From an uncultured Clostridia bacterium (GTDB lineage: Bacteria; Bacillota; Clostridia; TANB77; UBA1234), in NCBI GenBank assembly GCA_934132775.1, contig CAKPAA010000006.1:1983-65982 (forward strand): a DNA stretch of 64,000 bases, given 5' to 3'. Below, one piece after another: positions 10,256 through 21,400 of this stretch (its first letter is position 1; each line of letters starts with the position of its first letter). Made by a program: the position numbers and the translations under genes. Below the pieces are notes generated by a model. That model was given only the letters and a program-made list of their open reading frames with translations. It was not told where the DNA came from and did not search any database.

Positions 10256-12148
10256 TTAATAGTTCAAAATAGCCATTGCAACACTCCAAGCCTGTGCAAA
10301 TGCACCTTTTGGCATTCTTGGCTCTTCAGCATCATATATTTCAGTAATGCTACCTATACAGTCGTCTCTAAGCATCTTTTCAACATTTTCTAATTTTCTA
10401 TAAACACCCTTATACCTTCTTGAAGCTGTAAAATAAAATTGTAAAAGCCAAGGCCACACCGTTCCTTGATGGTAGCTTACATCTCTGCTATAAACATCTC
10501 CATTGTAATATGGCTTATATTCTTTATCTTCTTTGTTTAAAGTTTTTAAACCTTGTTCTACATACAAATAATCCTCAACAACATCTATTACATCTTTTGC
10601 TTTTTCTGAATCAACTGGTGAATAATCTAATCCAATTGGTATTATTTGATTTGGTCTAATTTGATTGCTATATGGCTCTATCACATCATATAAGCCTTTT
10701 TCTGCATAAAACTTTTCAAAAGATTCTCTTACCTTTTCGCTCAATTCAGTATTATATTGTATCTCCAAGTCTCTTGAAAACTCCTCAAATATTTTTAATG
10801 CATTATACCAAAGAGCATTTATTTCAACAGCCTTTCCATTTCGTGGAGTTGGTACAATATCATCAACTTTTGCATCCATCCAAGTTAATTGAGTATGTTC
10901 ATCACCGGCAGTTATAAGGCCATCGTTATTATCCATTTTTATTCCATAATCTGTTCCACTTTTATATGCTTCAATAATTGTCTTAACCGTTTCAAACAGT
11001 GAATTTATCGTATCTTTGTCGTTCGTATATTTATAATACTTATAAATTGCATCAATATACCAAAGTGAAGCATCAACTGTGTTATAAGCGCTTCCGCCAT
11101 TCTCATCAATTAAGTTTGGAATGAGCCCATTTTTTAAATAATTTTTAAAACTAAATAATACTTCTTTTGCGTCTTTGAATCTATTTGTTTTTAATAAAAT
11201 TCCTTCGAAAGCTATAAATGTATCTCTACCCCAATCTCCAAACCAAGGATATCCAGCGATTATTGTTTTTCTCTTTCCACGTGTAACCACAAAATTATCT
11301 GCTGCTATTATAAGTTCCTTTTCTGTCTCATTTCTTGCAGATGCCATTTTGCAAAGCTTTTCATACCTAACTATTTCTCCTCTGATTATTCCACTTGCAT
11401 CAACTTTTTCTAAAAAGTTTTCTTTGCTATTTACTTCTGCAACAAACTCAATAATTTTTTCAGTGTTTCTAGGAATATCAACTATATAAGCTCCCGGCAT
11501 ATAATGATCTTCGTATGCTTCCAAGCCTCTTTCAGCTTCTATTTTATAAAACATATTCCTATAAAATGTTCTATCATATCTTTCAAAAAAGCCGTCGGAT
11601 ATATTCATATGAAGCTTTAAGCCATCTGAATTTAGTTCAACATTAACAGCTGTTTCTTGAACTTCCGAATTTAAAGAATAACAATTTCTAACCTTATGAA
11701 AATCTCTAAAATTAACAAAAGGTTGCATATTAAATCTAATTCCACTCTTGCCCGTTTTAATTTTATAAATTATTCCTATTTTATTTTCTCCATATTTCAT
11801 TGCAATTGTTTTATTGACAACCACATCGTCAACTTTGTATTCAAATTCAGGCAAGAAATCACGTTCAAAACTTTCTTGACGTGTATATCCCTGCTCAATA
11901 AAGTTATTGCACTGATTTGTCGATATTGTATAATTCTTTCCATTCAAATCAATACTTTCATTTATCTTAGAAAGCACTAAGCACCTATCTCCGCTTTCTC
12001 CAATTGCAGCCACCAAAAGCCCGTGATACTTTCTAGTATTAAGTCCAATAACTGTGCTAGAAGCATATCCTCCAATACCGTTTGTGATAATCCACTCGTG
12101 TCTTGAAGCATCTTCAAAATTACTTAACTCTTCTTTTGTAATCTTCAT
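10256..12148 (-). CDS. glycogen debranching enzyme / amylo-alpha-1,6-glucosidase family protein
   Basis: 630 aa. N-terminal GIGGYASSTVIGLNTRKYHGLL is the signature of the bacterial/archaeal GDE family. Confidence 0.75.
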   Translation of the reverse strand: MKITKEELSNFEDASRHEWIITNGIGGYASSTVIGLNTRKYHGLLVAAIGESGDRCLVLSKINESIDLNGKNYTISTNQCNNFIEQGYTRQESFERDFLPEFEYKVDDVVVNKTIAMKYGENKIGIIYKIKTGKSGIRFNMQPFVNFRDFHKVRNCYSLNSEVQETAVNVELNSDGLKLHMNISDGFFERYDRTFYRNMFYKIEAERGLEAYEDHYMPGAYIVDIPRNTEKIIEFVAEVNSKENFLEKVDASGIIRGEIVRYEKLCKMASARNETEKELIIAADNFVVTRGKRKTIIAGYPWFGDWGRDTFIAFEGILLKTNRFKDAKEVLFSFKNYLKNGLIPNLIDENGGSAYNTVDASLWYIDAIYKYYKYTNDKDTINSLFETVKTIIEAYKSGTDYGIKMDNNDGLITAGDEHTQLTWMDAKVDDIVPTPRNGKAVEINALWYNALKIFEEFSRDLEIQYNTELSEKVRESFEKFYAEKGLYDVIEPYSNQIRPNQIIPIGLDYSPVDSEKAKDVIDVVEDYLYVEQGLKTLNKEDKEYKPYYNGDVYSRDVSYHQGTVWPWLLQFYFTASRRYKGVYRKLENVEKMLRDDCIGSITEIYDAEEPRMPKGAFAQAWSVAMAILNY

Positions 12149-12159
12149 AATTTTTTCTC

Positions 12160-13551
12160 CTATTTACGTTTTTTCTTTTTACCTGAAACTATCTTTATAT
12201 CTCTAAATAAAATGCTTTTCTTTTTGTTTTTACCAGTCATCTTTTTTAGTTTAGACTTTGTTGTGTAGTATTCAATAGCTTTATCGCTATTTTCTAAGTC
12301 CATATTGTCGCAGAAAATCTTGAATATATTTTGAGCAAGTTTAAGAGGATTATGTCTAATGTTTCCTTTTTCGTCAACAACGGATAAATCATCAACTACA
12401 AGTCTAATTCCTTTGATATTGCTCTTATCAAGTTCAATTAAATCAACACCATCTTGATTTGCTCTTCTAACATATTCAGGCATAATATCGCTGTCTGAGA
12501 AAATACAATAATCAAATAAACCCTTGCCAGCGTGCTCGCAAATTGCATTTATGCAGTCTGATAAAGCGTATCCATCTGTTTGATTTTTCTCAGTCATAAT
12601 ATTAGAAACATAGATTTTTGTTGCGTTGCTCTTTCTTATTGCATCTGAAACTTCTCTAATTAAAAGTGTTGGAATTATGCCCATATACAAGCTTCCAGGT
12701 CCAATAATTATTACATCTGCTTCTTTTATACTCATTATAACGTCTTCGGCTGGCACACATCTGCTAGGAGACAAAAATACTCTTTCTATTTTTGTTTCTC
12801 TATTTTCAACCACCTCAGTTATATTTTTTCTTCCAATAGCTCTTGTTCCATCTTCTAAAACTGCTCCAACTGCAACTGTATCTAAGGTAACAGGTAATAC
12901 ACTACCTCTCATAGCCAAAATCTTTGACATATACTCAATTGTTTTTGACAAGTTGCCATCACACGTTCTTCCAAGCATATCAAAGAAAACGTCTCCTTGT
13001 TTTCTTCCAGTTAAAACACCATCTCTAACCTTAGTGCTAAAAAAGTCTTCCAAAACTTCTTCTTTGTTTGAAAGTGCTATCATAGCTTTTTTAACATCTT
13101 CAATTTGAAGTGGAATGCCTGTATCTCCACTTGTTCCAATAACGTTTACAACTGCTGTTATGTTATTAGAAAAAGCTTTTAATCCCTTTAAAATAGCTGC
13201 TAGTCCATCTCCGTCGCCAATGACAACAACCTTTGTGTTTTTATCTAGCATCTTTTTATCGAACAATAATTTTTTCAAATTTATATTTCTGCCATTAGGA
13301 TTTGCATTCGCTTCTGCAATTGCTTGTAAAATTCTTTTTTGTGACATAACATAGCTCATAATAACTGCTGAAAAACCAATTACAAAGAAAATTCCATACA
13401 TTATAAGCTCTTTTATATCAAGTTTGTCACTTGAAACAAACATAGCTATACTTGTGCTTACTAGCCCAACACCAACTAATAGCAATAAAAACCATCGCTT
13501 TAATTTAAGTCCTGAACTAAACCATTCAAATAAATTATTCATTTTATTCAC
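12160..13551 (-). CDS. YvcK/CofD-like (UPF0052, gluconeogenesis factor family) protein with N-terminal membrane segment
   Basis: KVVVIGDGDGLAAILKGLK...ITAVVNVIGTSGDTG matches the YvcK nucleotide-binding core. Two predicted TM helices at the N-terminus. Confidence 0.65.
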   Translation of the reverse strand: MNKMNNLFEWFSSGLKLKRWFLLLLVGVGLVSTSIAMFVSSDKLDIKELIMYGIFFVIGFSAVIMSYVMSQKRILQAIAEANANPNGRNINLKKLLFDKKMLDKNTKVVVIGDGDGLAAILKGLKAFSNNITAVVNVIGTSGDTGIPLQIEDVKKAMIALSNKEEVLEDFFSTKVRDGVLTGRKQGDVFFDMLGRTCDGNLSKTIEYMSKILAMRGSVLPVTLDTVAVGAVLEDGTRAIGRKNITEVVENRETKIERVFLSPSRCVPAEDVIMSIKEADVIIIGPGSLYMGIIPTLLIREVSDAIRKSNATKIYVSNIMTEKNQTDGYALSDCINAICEHAGKGLFDYCIFSDSDIMPEYVRRANQDGVDLIELDKSNIKGIRLVVDDLSVVDEKGNIRHNPLKLAQNIFKIFCDNMDLENSDKAIEYYTTKSKLKKMTGKNKKKSILFRDIKIVSGKKKKRK

Positions 13552-13554
13552 CCT

Positions 13555-14442
13555 TTATTCTTCACCAATTATTTTTACTTCTGTCTCTAACTTTACACCA
13601 AACTTCTCGTAAACAGTATTTTGAATATGAGAAATTAAATTTAATATATCTTTTGCTGATGCATTATTGTTATTAACAACAAAACCAGCGTGTAAAGTTG
13701 AAACACTAGCACCACCAATAGTATATCCTTTTAAACCTGAATCTTCAATAAGTTTACCAGCAAAAAACCCTTCCGGCCTTTTGAAAGTGCTTCCCGCACT
13801 AGGCATATTTACAGGTTGTTTACTATTTCTAGCAGCCTTATATTCATTCATTTTTGCTTCAATTTCTGCTTTATCGCCAAATGAAAGCTTAATTTTAGAA
13901 GACAAAATTATGTACTCCTTATTTGTAAAAAAGCTTCTTCTATAATCAAACCCGTGTTCAGTTATTGTAAAAACATTTCCACCCTCATCAGCATATGAAG
14001 TCTCAAAAATAACGTTTTTCATTTCTCCACCATATGCGCCAGCGTTCATAGCAACAGCTCCACCTAGCGTTCCAGGTATTCCAGATGCAAATTCAAGACC
14101 AGTCAATGAATTTTCTTTGGCAACATTAGCAATCTTAGAAAGAAAAGCTCCGCTCTCAGCCGTTATAACATCATTTTCAACAGAAATATTATTTAATCTA
14201 ACCGTTTGAATAACAAGACCTCTTATTCCTCCATCTCTAACAATTAAGTTGCTTCCATTTCCAATAATAGTCTTATTTACTGGCAATTTCAAACATTTAA
14301 TAAGCTCTTCTTTTGAAGTTGGAGTAACTAGTATATCTGCTGGGCCACCAACTCTAAAAGTCGTATGATTTTTCATAGGTTCATTAACAAGTATATTCTT
14401 TTCATCTGTTATCATTTTCAAAGAGTTTAAAATCTCTTCCAT
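13555..14442 (-). CDS. murB: UDP-N-acetylenolpyruvoylglucosamine reductase
   Basis: PMKNHTTFRVGGPADILVTP is the MurB FAD-binding N-terminus. ORF 13555..14538 overlaps the upstream ROK kinase by 47 nt, so a later start (ATG at 14442 or 14457) is more likely. Start uncertain. Confidence 0.8.
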   Translation of the reverse strand: MEEILNSLKMITDEKNILVNEPMKNHTTFRVGGPADILVTPTSKEELIKCLKLPVNKTIIGNGSNLIVRDGGIRGLVIQTVRLNNISVENDVITAESGAFLSKIANVAKENSLTGLEFASGIPGTLGGAVAMNAGAYGGEMKNVIFETSYADEGGNVFTITEHGFDYRRSFFTNKEYIILSSKIKLSFGDKAEIEAKMNEYKAARNSKQPVNMPSAGSTFKRPEGFFAGKLIEDSGLKGYTIGGASVSTLHAGFVVNNNNASAKDILNLISHIQNTVYEKFGVKLETEVKIIGEE

Positions 14443-14491
14443 AACTTTTACTCGCATCTTAAAAAGATGCACTCTCCTTTCATTTGGAATA

Positions 14492-15349
14492 TTAGTCATA
14501 TCTATAAAGCATTGCTGCACCAATAATTCCTGCATCATTTCCTAAGGTTGCAGATTTAATGTTTAAATCACAAGAATATCTGTTATACATTTTAGATATT
14601 ATTTTTGCCTTAAGTTTATGCATAAAACTACCAGCGTAATCTGCCAAACCTCCACCAATTACAAGCATTTCAAGATCAAAAATATTTATAAAATTAGCAA
14701 GTCCATCTGCTAAATTTTCAAAGTACTCATCTAGAACTTTTTGCACACTTTGATTTCTTTCACTCAAATAAAAAATCTCATCCAAGGAATCCAGTTCTAT
14801 CATCCTTTTAAGCGCAGACACAGAAGCATATTGCTCAAAACAGCCATTTCGTCCGCATCTGCATTTAAGTCCATCTCTCTCTATTATCATATGCCCAAGT
14901 TCACCTGCACATCCAGTACTGCCTGAATACAAATTTCCATTTATAATCATACCAGCACCAATACCTGTACCAACAGTCACAAGCGCATAATTAGAATAAA
15001 ACTTTTTGTCACTAATTTCATATTCTGCAATCGTAGCACAATTTGCGTCATTAGACATATGAATAGGAATCGATGTTTTTATATAATCAGTAACATCAAT
15101 ATTGCTAAGTGGTAAATTACAAGTGTAATCAATATGTGTACCACTTGTAATTCCAGGTATTCCAATTCCAATAGACTTAATCCCAGCACTCTTTTTATTT
15201 TTGATAAAAGACTTTACAGGATTTAATATATCATCAACTGTTACCTCATCATTGGCATAATTAAAAATTTGTTTTTCTTTAATCACACCATTTTCATTTA
15301 CAATTCCTATTCCTACGTGATTTCCACCAATATCAACACCTATATGCAA
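14492..15349 (-). CDS. ROK family sugar kinase (glucokinase / N-acetylglucosamine kinase-like)
   Basis: MHIGVDIGGNHVGIGIV... ATP-binding N-terminus. Zn-binding Cys motif CGRNGC of the ROK family. Confidence 0.8.
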   Translation of the reverse strand: MHIGVDIGGNHVGIGIVNENGVIKEKQIFNYANDEVTVDDILNPVKSFIKNKKSAGIKSIGIGIPGITSGTHIDYTCNLPLSNIDVTDYIKTSIPIHMSNDANCATIAEYEISDKKFYSNYALVTVGTGIGAGMIINGNLYSGSTGCAGELGHMIIERDGLKCRCGRNGCFEQYASVSALKRMIELDSLDEIFYLSERNQSVQKVLDEYFENLADGLANFINIFDLEMLVIGGGLADYAGSFMHKLKAKIISKMYNRYSCDLNIKSATLGNDAGIIGAAMLYRYD

Positions 15350-15442
15350 AAGGTATCACCCCATATCATTTGTATAATTTAAAGCTACTACTTTTTTAAA
15401 ACCTTACAAATCCAAATTTAAGTTTTCTAACTTTTCATAAAA

Positions 15443-16489
15443 CTATTTCAAACCTTCTAAAAGCCAGTTAGTGCTACAAGCATTAACTAACTTGTTTAGA
15501 AGTGGTCTTTCCTTTTCTCTTTTATCAATTTCAATATGTTGTTCAGGGTACTTATTTATATCATTTCGTGAATTTTCTATTCCTAATATTTCAATGTCTG
15601 TATAATACCATTTTAATATTTCATCATAACTAAAACCGTTAAGAGCCATACCAATTGCACCATTTTGACTCATTCCAACTCCGTGACCATAGCCTCTTCC
15701 AGTAAATATTATTTCGTCTTCATCAACTTCAACATCAAACCACTGACTTTTAAGCTTTGTAGCTCCTAAGGCTGTTCTTATAGAATTCTTTGTTAAAATC
15801 TTACTCCCATCTGTGCCTTTAATTTTTAGTTCAATAACTCTATCATTATCAGAATATTCAAGTATTTTGATAGACTTAAAATCGCCTATTTCAGGAAACT
15901 TATTTTCAATATCACTTATAGAGTAAACAGCCGTCCAAGAAGATTTATTATCAACTTCAATTTCATATTTATCTTCAACAGCTTTTAAATAAGGTACTTC
16001 TGAGTACCAAACATTTTCAGAAGACTCTGTCTGCCCACCACTTGTTGAGAAGAAATATGCACAAGCAACTTCATCATCATATGTAATTACTTGCCCACTA
16101 GTTTCATTTACAGCTTTCTTAACATTAGCGTTTATATTAGCATTATGATTATAAACTTGACTACTCGTGCTTGCTGTAACGTGAAACTCTGCATCTTCAC
16201 CAGCTTTATTTATATTGTAAACGGCATAACTTCTAGAAGCAACAGCTTGTGCTTTAAGTGCATCTATTGGAACAGCTTCACTCTTCGACATCCCAGAAGC
16301 TTTATAGTTAACTCCCATTTCACTTTGAACAACACTATACAAATATGTATCAAGCTCAACCTCTTCAATTGTTCCATCACTTAATTTTACTCTTATGTAT
16401 TCTGGCACATCAACACCAGCAAAAGTAACCGTGCTAAAAGCAATTACAAGTAATATTATACAAAAAAATTTCTTCATTAGTTCCTCCAA
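15443..16489 (-). CDS. spoIID: SpoIID/LytB domain protein, likely stage II sporulation protein D
   Basis: 348 aa with a signal/TM N-terminus. Conserved SpoIID blocks SRSYAV, HVTASTSSQVYN, FFSTSGGQTESSENVW. Confidence 0.7.
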   Translation of the reverse strand: MEELMKKFFCIILLVIAFSTVTFAGVDVPEYIRVKLSDGTIEEVELDTYLYSVVQSEMGVNYKASGMSKSEAVPIDALKAQAVASRSYAVYNINKAGEDAEFHVTASTSSQVYNHNANINANVKKAVNETSGQVITYDDEVACAYFFSTSGGQTESSENVWYSEVPYLKAVEDKYEIEVDNKSSWTAVYSISDIENKFPEIGDFKSIKILEYSDNDRVIELKIKGTDGSKILTKNSIRTALGATKLKSQWFDVEVDEDEIIFTGRGYGHGVGMSQNGAIGMALNGFSYDEILKWYYTDIEILGIENSRNDINKYPEQHIEIDKREKERPLLNKLVNACSTNWLLEGLK

Positions 16490-16593
16490 ATCTATATTTG
16501 CTCCTTCAATTTCATATTTAAAATGTTCTTACTTCTATCAAAATATCAAACCGTACAAATATTTTTTATATGTGTGCTAAAAACTAGCAAGTC

Positions 16594-17688
16594 TTATACA
16601 TTAAATCTAAATAAAACTACGTCTCCATCTTGCATAACGTATTCTTTTCCCTCAAATCTAACAAGTCCTTTCTCTTTTGCCTTTACAATAGAACCACATT
16701 CCATCAAATCCTTATAGCTTATAACCTCTGCCTTGATAAAGCCTCTCTCTATATCAGAGTGAATCTTTCCAGCAGCAGCAGGTGCTTTTGTTCCAATTTT
16801 AATCGTCCAAGCCCTAACCTCAGGTTCACCAGCAGTCAAGAAAGACATTAGCCCCAAAAGCTTATAGCTTGCTTTAATAAGCTTATCAAGGCCAGATTCG
16901 TCAATTCCCATAAGTTCGAGCATTTCATTTCTTTCATTATCTTCCAAAGTAGCAAGTTCTTCTTCAATCTTAACGCAAAGAGGAATTGCTTCACTATTAT
17001 TCTTTAAAGCATACTCTTTAAGTTCATTAAAATGCTTATCATTATCAACATTTTTTAATTGCTCTTCTGATAAATTTCCAACATACATCATAGGCTTAGC
17101 AGTTAATAGATAAAGGTCAGACAATTGCTCTTGTTCCTCATCATTTAAAGCAACAGAACTTGCTAATTTACCTGCTTCCAATGCTTCCTTAATTCTAGTC
17201 AAAGCATCAACTTCTATTTGATGTTTTTTATCAGCTCTTGCCAACTTAACAGCCCTATCCATACGTTTTTCAAGAGTTTCCAAATCAGCAAAGATAAGCT
17301 CCATATTTATAGTTTCAATATCACGTACTGGATTTATAGAACCATCAACGTGAGTAATATTATCATCTTCAAAGCACCTTACAACTTGCACAATAGCATC
17401 AGTTTCTCTAATATGAGATAAAAACTTATTTCCTAATCCCTCACCCTTAGAAGCACCTTTAACAAGTCCAGCAATATCGACAAACTTAACAACAGCATGA
17501 GTAACCTTCTCAGGGTTATAAAGCTTTGCCAAATTATCTAATCTCTCATCAGGTACAGGAACAATTCCAACATTAGGTTCGATAGTGCAGAAAGGATAGT
17601 TTGCACATTCGGCACCAGCCTTAGTAATAGCATTAAAAAGTGTACTCTTTCCTACATTTGGTAGGCCAACAATTCCTATTTCCATTTC
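16594..17688 (-). CDS. ychF: ribosome-binding ATPase YchF (Obg-family GTPase)
   Basis: MEIGIVGLPNVGKSTLFNAIT...CTIEPNVGIV P-loop. C-terminal TGS domain. The start is probably the internal Met of ORF 16594..17775. Confidence 0.9.
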   Translation of the reverse strand, partial: EMEIGIVGLPNVGKSTLFNAITKAGAECANYPFCTIEPNVGIVPVPDERLDNLAKLYNPEKVTHAVVKFVDIAGLVKGASKGEGLGNKFLSHIRETDAIVQVVRCFEDDNITHVDGSINPVRDIETINMELIFADLETLEKRMDRAVKLARADKKHQIEVDALTRIKEALEAGKLASSVALNDEEQEQLSDLYLLTAKPMMYVGNLSEEQLKNVDNDKHFNELKEYALKNNSEAIPLCVKIEEELATLEDNERNEMLELMGIDESGLDKLIKASYKLLGLMSFLTAGEPEVRAWTIKIGTKAPAAAGKIHSDIERGFIKAEVISYKDLMECGSIVKAKEKGLVRFEGKEYVMQDGDVVLFRFNV

Positions 17689-17698
17689 TAAAATCTCC

Positions 17699-18931
17699 TT
17701 ATTTTTTTCTTCTAATAACGTATCCAGCTTTAACCTCAGCAGGAATTTTAAATTTAACTTTTTGCTCTTTAACACCTGGATTTACAGTAGTAATTTCTTC
17801 TCCTGTCTCAGCATCAAAAAGCTTGTCAATAACCATTTCAACTGGTTCAATCTTATCTGGCAAAACAATTTCTAATGAATCACCAACAGACAATTTGTTT
17901 CTAATTTCAACAGTAGAAATTCCGTTAATATCAGTAGAAACAACCATTCCACCAAATTCATAATTAGGATTATATTGTTTTCCCTCATAATCCTGAGTAT
18001 CTTTATTTTCTTTATCATTAAAGAAAAATGTTGTTGTACCTCTTGTTCTAGCCTTATCAAGCTCTGCAAAATACTTTTCATAATTCCATTCTTCTGGATT
18101 CTTTTCGTAATCATCAAGAGCATGTCTATACGCGTGAACAACGTTAGCAAGATAAAACTCTGTTTTAAGCCTGCCCTCTATCTTTAAACTATCAACATTC
18201 AAATTAAAAAGCTCTGGAATTTCTTTTACTAAGCACATATCCTTTGAAGAAAAAATATAAGTGCCTTTTTCATCACATTCAACAGGTAAAAGTTCACCAG
18301 GCTTATTAACTTCTTCAACATAAAGATTATATGCCCATCTGCAAGGTTGAGCACAGTCTCCGTGATTAGCACTTCTGCCAGCCATATAATCACTCATATA
18401 GCATCTTCCAGAATAACTATAACAAATAGCACCGTGCACAAACATCTCAATATCTAGCCCATTAGGCTTGTTATCAGTAATATATTTAATTTCATCTTTG
18501 CTAAGCTCTCTTGCTAAAATAACCCTACTTGCGCCATTCTTGTACCAAAAGTTGCAAGCGTGCAAACTAGTAACATTAGCCTGTGTGCTAATATGTACTT
18601 CTGTATTAGGTGCATATTCCTTTATAACATCAACAATACCACCATCAGAAACAATAATTCCATCAACGCCAATTTCATCTAAATGCTTAGCTTCCTCTTT
18701 TATAAGGTCATATTCATTATCCCTAGCATAAATATTCATCGCAACATAAACTTTTTTATTCAATGAATGAGCTAACCTAACAGTGTTGATAAGATCATCA
18801 AATTGCATTGTAGTCCTTGTCCTAAGTGAAAGTTTTGTAGTGCCCGCATAAACAGCATCAGCACCATATAAAAAAGCGATTTTAGCCTTTTCAAAAGTAC
18901 CTGCTGGTGCAAGCAATTCTGGTTTTTTCAT
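17699..18931 (-). CDS. peptidase U32 family protein (YrrN/YrrO-like)
   Basis: 410 aa. U32 family N-terminus PELLAPAG. Gene order OMT then U32 matches B. subtilis yrrM-yrrN/O. Confidence 0.8.
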   Translation of the reverse strand: MKKPELLAPAGTFEKAKIAFLYGADAVYAGTTKLSLRTRTTMQFDDLINTVRLAHSLNKKVYVAMNIYARDNEYDLIKEEAKHLDEIGVDGIIVSDGGIVDVIKEYAPNTEVHISTQANVTSLHACNFWYKNGASRVILARELSKDEIKYITDNKPNGLDIEMFVHGAICYSYSGRCYMSDYMAGRSANHGDCAQPCRWAYNLYVEEVNKPGELLPVECDEKGTYIFSSKDMCLVKEIPELFNLNVDSLKIEGRLKTEFYLANVVHAYRHALDDYEKNPEEWNYEKYFAELDKARTRGTTTFFFNDKENKDTQDYEGKQYNPNYEFGGMVVSTDINGISTVEIRNKLSVGDSLEIVLPDKIEPVEMVIDKLFDAETGEEITTVNPGVKEQKVKFKIPAEVKAGYVIRRKK

Positions 18932-18946
18932 TATATCTCCTCCTAA

Positions 18947-19540
18947 TTATCTAATAACTTTACAAATCATCAAACCGTCTCCAATATCGTGTAAAGAAGA
19001 CTCTAAATTTTTGTTTTCCATAACAATATCAATAAAACTTCTAAGCTTATTCACAGCAGTCCTTTGTTTATGTTTGTTATAATCACCTAAAACCATTCCT
19101 TTATAAAGCACATTATCAGCAATTATATATCCACCAACTTTGCAAAGCCTCAACGCATGTTCAAAAAATTCAACATACTTTCCCTTAGAAGCGTCAATAA
19201 ACACAACATCATACTTTTCGTTAAGATAAGGCAAAATATCAAGTGCATCACCCTCAAGCACCCTAATCTTATCTTCAACCCCAACTCTTTTAATATTTTC
19301 AAGAGCTTGTTCCACTCTTAAACTTTCAATTTCTATCGTATCAATTCTACCATCACTTGCTAAATACTTTGAAAAGCAAATAGACGAAAAGCCAATTGCA
19401 GTGCCTATTTCAAGTATTCTGTGTGGCTTTATATCTTTTAAAATATTTGAAATAAACTCTAACGAATCATCTAATAAAATAGGAATTTTATTGTCTCTGC
19501 CATACTTTTCAATGTCTTTAAGCAATTCATAATTTGCCAT
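18947..19540 (-). CDS. class I SAM-dependent O-methyltransferase (YrrM-like)
   Basis: ILEIGTAIGFSSI SAM-binding motif. DVVFIDASK. GGGAGG RBS 8 nt upstream of the ATG giving MANYELL, so the start is at 19540 rather than 19687. Confidence 0.8.
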   Translation of the reverse strand: MANYELLKDIEKYGRDNKIPILLDDSLEFISNILKDIKPHRILEIGTAIGFSSICFSKYLASDGRIDTIEIESLRVEQALENIKRVGVEDKIRVLEGDALDILPYLNEKYDVVFIDASKGKYVEFFEHALRLCKVGGYIIADNVLYKGMVLGDYNKHKQRTAVNKLRSFIDIVMENKNLESSLHDIGDGLMICKVIR

Positions 19541-19743
19541 CTCAAAACCTCCCGAACGAATTATATCATAAAAAGGAATAAAAAAATATATAAAAATAAA
19601 AAAAATCAAAGAAGGATAACAACCATCTCTAAATAAATTATCACAAGTGTCAAGCCAAACCTGCTTAAATAAAAAAATCCATTCCACGTTAAAATAAAAT
19701 TAACATAGAACGGATTTACTTTTAACTAATTTATACTATCTCT

Positions 19744-21138
19744 CTACCTAGACAATTCTGGATCTTGCATTGTTTCTTTTTCATCAAAATACTCAACTGT
19801 GCCGTCATTTACGCAATATAAAGCCAATTTAGAGTCTCTATCTTTATGTCCACACCCTGCATCTATTCTTACGAAGCCTCTTTTACTATCTATTAAGATT
19901 TTTCCTAATTGGGGATCATGTCCACAAATTGTTGTAAAGCCTTCTGTTTTTGCCAGCTCGTATGTGCTTCCTTCTCTTTCCTGTAACATAAACGTATATT
20001 GGTTCTCAGTTAATTCTGTGATTTTATAACCATTTCGTGATTGCTTCATTCGACGTATCAATTGAGGATCTTTTGGTGGCACAGAATGTACAAATAAATA
20101 ATCTTTACCATCAATATTTTTAGGTAATACAACATACGAATTCAATAAAAAATTATATATATCGCGTCGTTCCTTTAAAGTTTTAATTCGTCCCCCTGGT
20201 ACAAAATCAGAAAATGTGTCCTCTCCTTTATTCGATCTTATCCAAATGTCTATATTTTTCGCTTCTATCTCTGTTAACCCTTTTTCTTTAATCATTTCTT
20301 GATAAGCAACATCATACGGTGCAAATCTTTCTTCAACAACTTTTAGCTTTTCCGACTTACGATCCACACACCATCTGTATAGTTGATAAAGAGCATTTCT
20401 ATTATAAATAATCCAAACATCTTCTGGTTTCAGCCTTTTCGTTAGCATAGTAGTAACTGTTTCTATGAATTGCATTTCGTGATTTCCCAACAAAAAAGTA
20501 ATTTTTGGATTAGTCTGCTCATTTTGTTTTCTTTTCATAATATCTTGAAGTATTCGAATACCACCATTTCCTCTATCTATGACGTCTCCTAAAATAATTA
20601 AATGATCTTGTGGTGTCATTTTTTTCATTACTTCCATATATGATCCATACATTCCGTGAATGTCTCCAATTACGTATGTTTTGCCATTCTTACAATTAGA
20701 ATTCTTCGTATTCTGAAACATTCTTTCTTTTTCTTCAACCTGTAACTTTATGTTAGATAAGTTTTCATCAAAATTTTGTTGGCCTGTTTTTCCATTTGCT
20801 TGTACTATATAGCGATTAGCTGAATATTCTTTTTTACCAAATTCTCCACCTAAATAAATATAATCATCTCGACCTTCTTTATTCATTAACCCTTCTTCAC
20901 CTATCAATCTTTCAATAAAAAAATTATCAATACGTTTCTTACCACACACTTTCTCCAATTCTGTAGAGTCGTTAGTATTGTATCTAGAAAAAGTTTCTTT
21001 TTCGCAGAAAACTCTTATTGTTCTAATATCTCCTGTTTTCATTAAAAACTGTACATAATACATATCATATTTATCCAAATAAATATGACTATTCAACACT
21101 CTTGCGGCCTTAGCTTCTTCTCTTATTATATAACTCAT
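19744..21138 (-). CDS. calcineurin-like metallophosphoesterase with about 160-aa N-terminal extension of unknown function
   Basis: YVIGDIHGMYG...LILGDVIDRGNGG...GNHE are phosphoesterase motifs I-III. Likely start at MSYIIREE (ATG 21138). Confidence 0.65.
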   Translation of the reverse strand: MSYIIREEAKAARVLNSHIYLDKYDMYYVQFLMKTGDIRTIRVFCEKETFSRYNTNDSTELEKVCGKKRIDNFFIERLIGEEGLMNKEGRDDYIYLGGEFGKKEYSANRYIVQANGKTGQQNFDENLSNIKLQVEEKERMFQNTKNSNCKNGKTYVIGDIHGMYGSYMEVMKKMTPQDHLIILGDVIDRGNGGIRILQDIMKRKQNEQTNPKITFLLGNHEMQFIETVTTMLTKRLKPEDVWIIYNRNALYQLYRWCVDRKSEKLKVVEERFAPYDVAYQEMIKEKGLTEIEAKNIDIWIRSNKGEDTFSDFVPGGRIKTLKERRDIYNFLLNSYVVLPKNIDGKDYLFVHSVPPKDPQLIRRMKQSRNGYKITELTENQYTFMLQEREGSTYELAKTEGFTTICGHDPQLGKILIDSKRGFVRIDAGCGHKDRDSKLALYCVNDGTVEYFDEKETMQDPELSR

Positions 21139-21243
21139 AAAAATTCCCCCATTACAACCCAAATAACACCTATTCTTATTATACCACGACTTTACATAAA
21201 ATTCTACAATAAGAACCAAAAATGCAACGTGAAACTAAAAAAA

Positions 21244-21278
21244 TTCAAAGAGTTTTCAGTATCTCTTTGAATTTTTTT
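21244..21278. terminator. bidirectional intrinsic terminator (TTCAAAGAG/CTCTTTGAA stem with flanking A/T runs)
   Basis: Perfect 9-bp inverted repeat with A-run before and T-run after. Confidence 0.6.
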
Positions 21279-21361
21279 ATTTGACTTTTGGTATATTTCT
21301 TATTAAAATAAACATAGATAAAGGAAAACCGCATAAGCGGTAGACCTTAGTTGTTTATTTT

Positions 21362-21388
21362 AAAATAACCACTCTGTGGTTATTTTTT
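21362..21388. terminator. intrinsic terminator downstream of mnmA (ATAACCAC/GTGGTTAT + T-run)
   Basis: 8-bp perfect stem, 3-nt loop, flanking A and T runs. Confidence 0.65.
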
Positions 21389-21400
21389 ATTGTTCCTAAT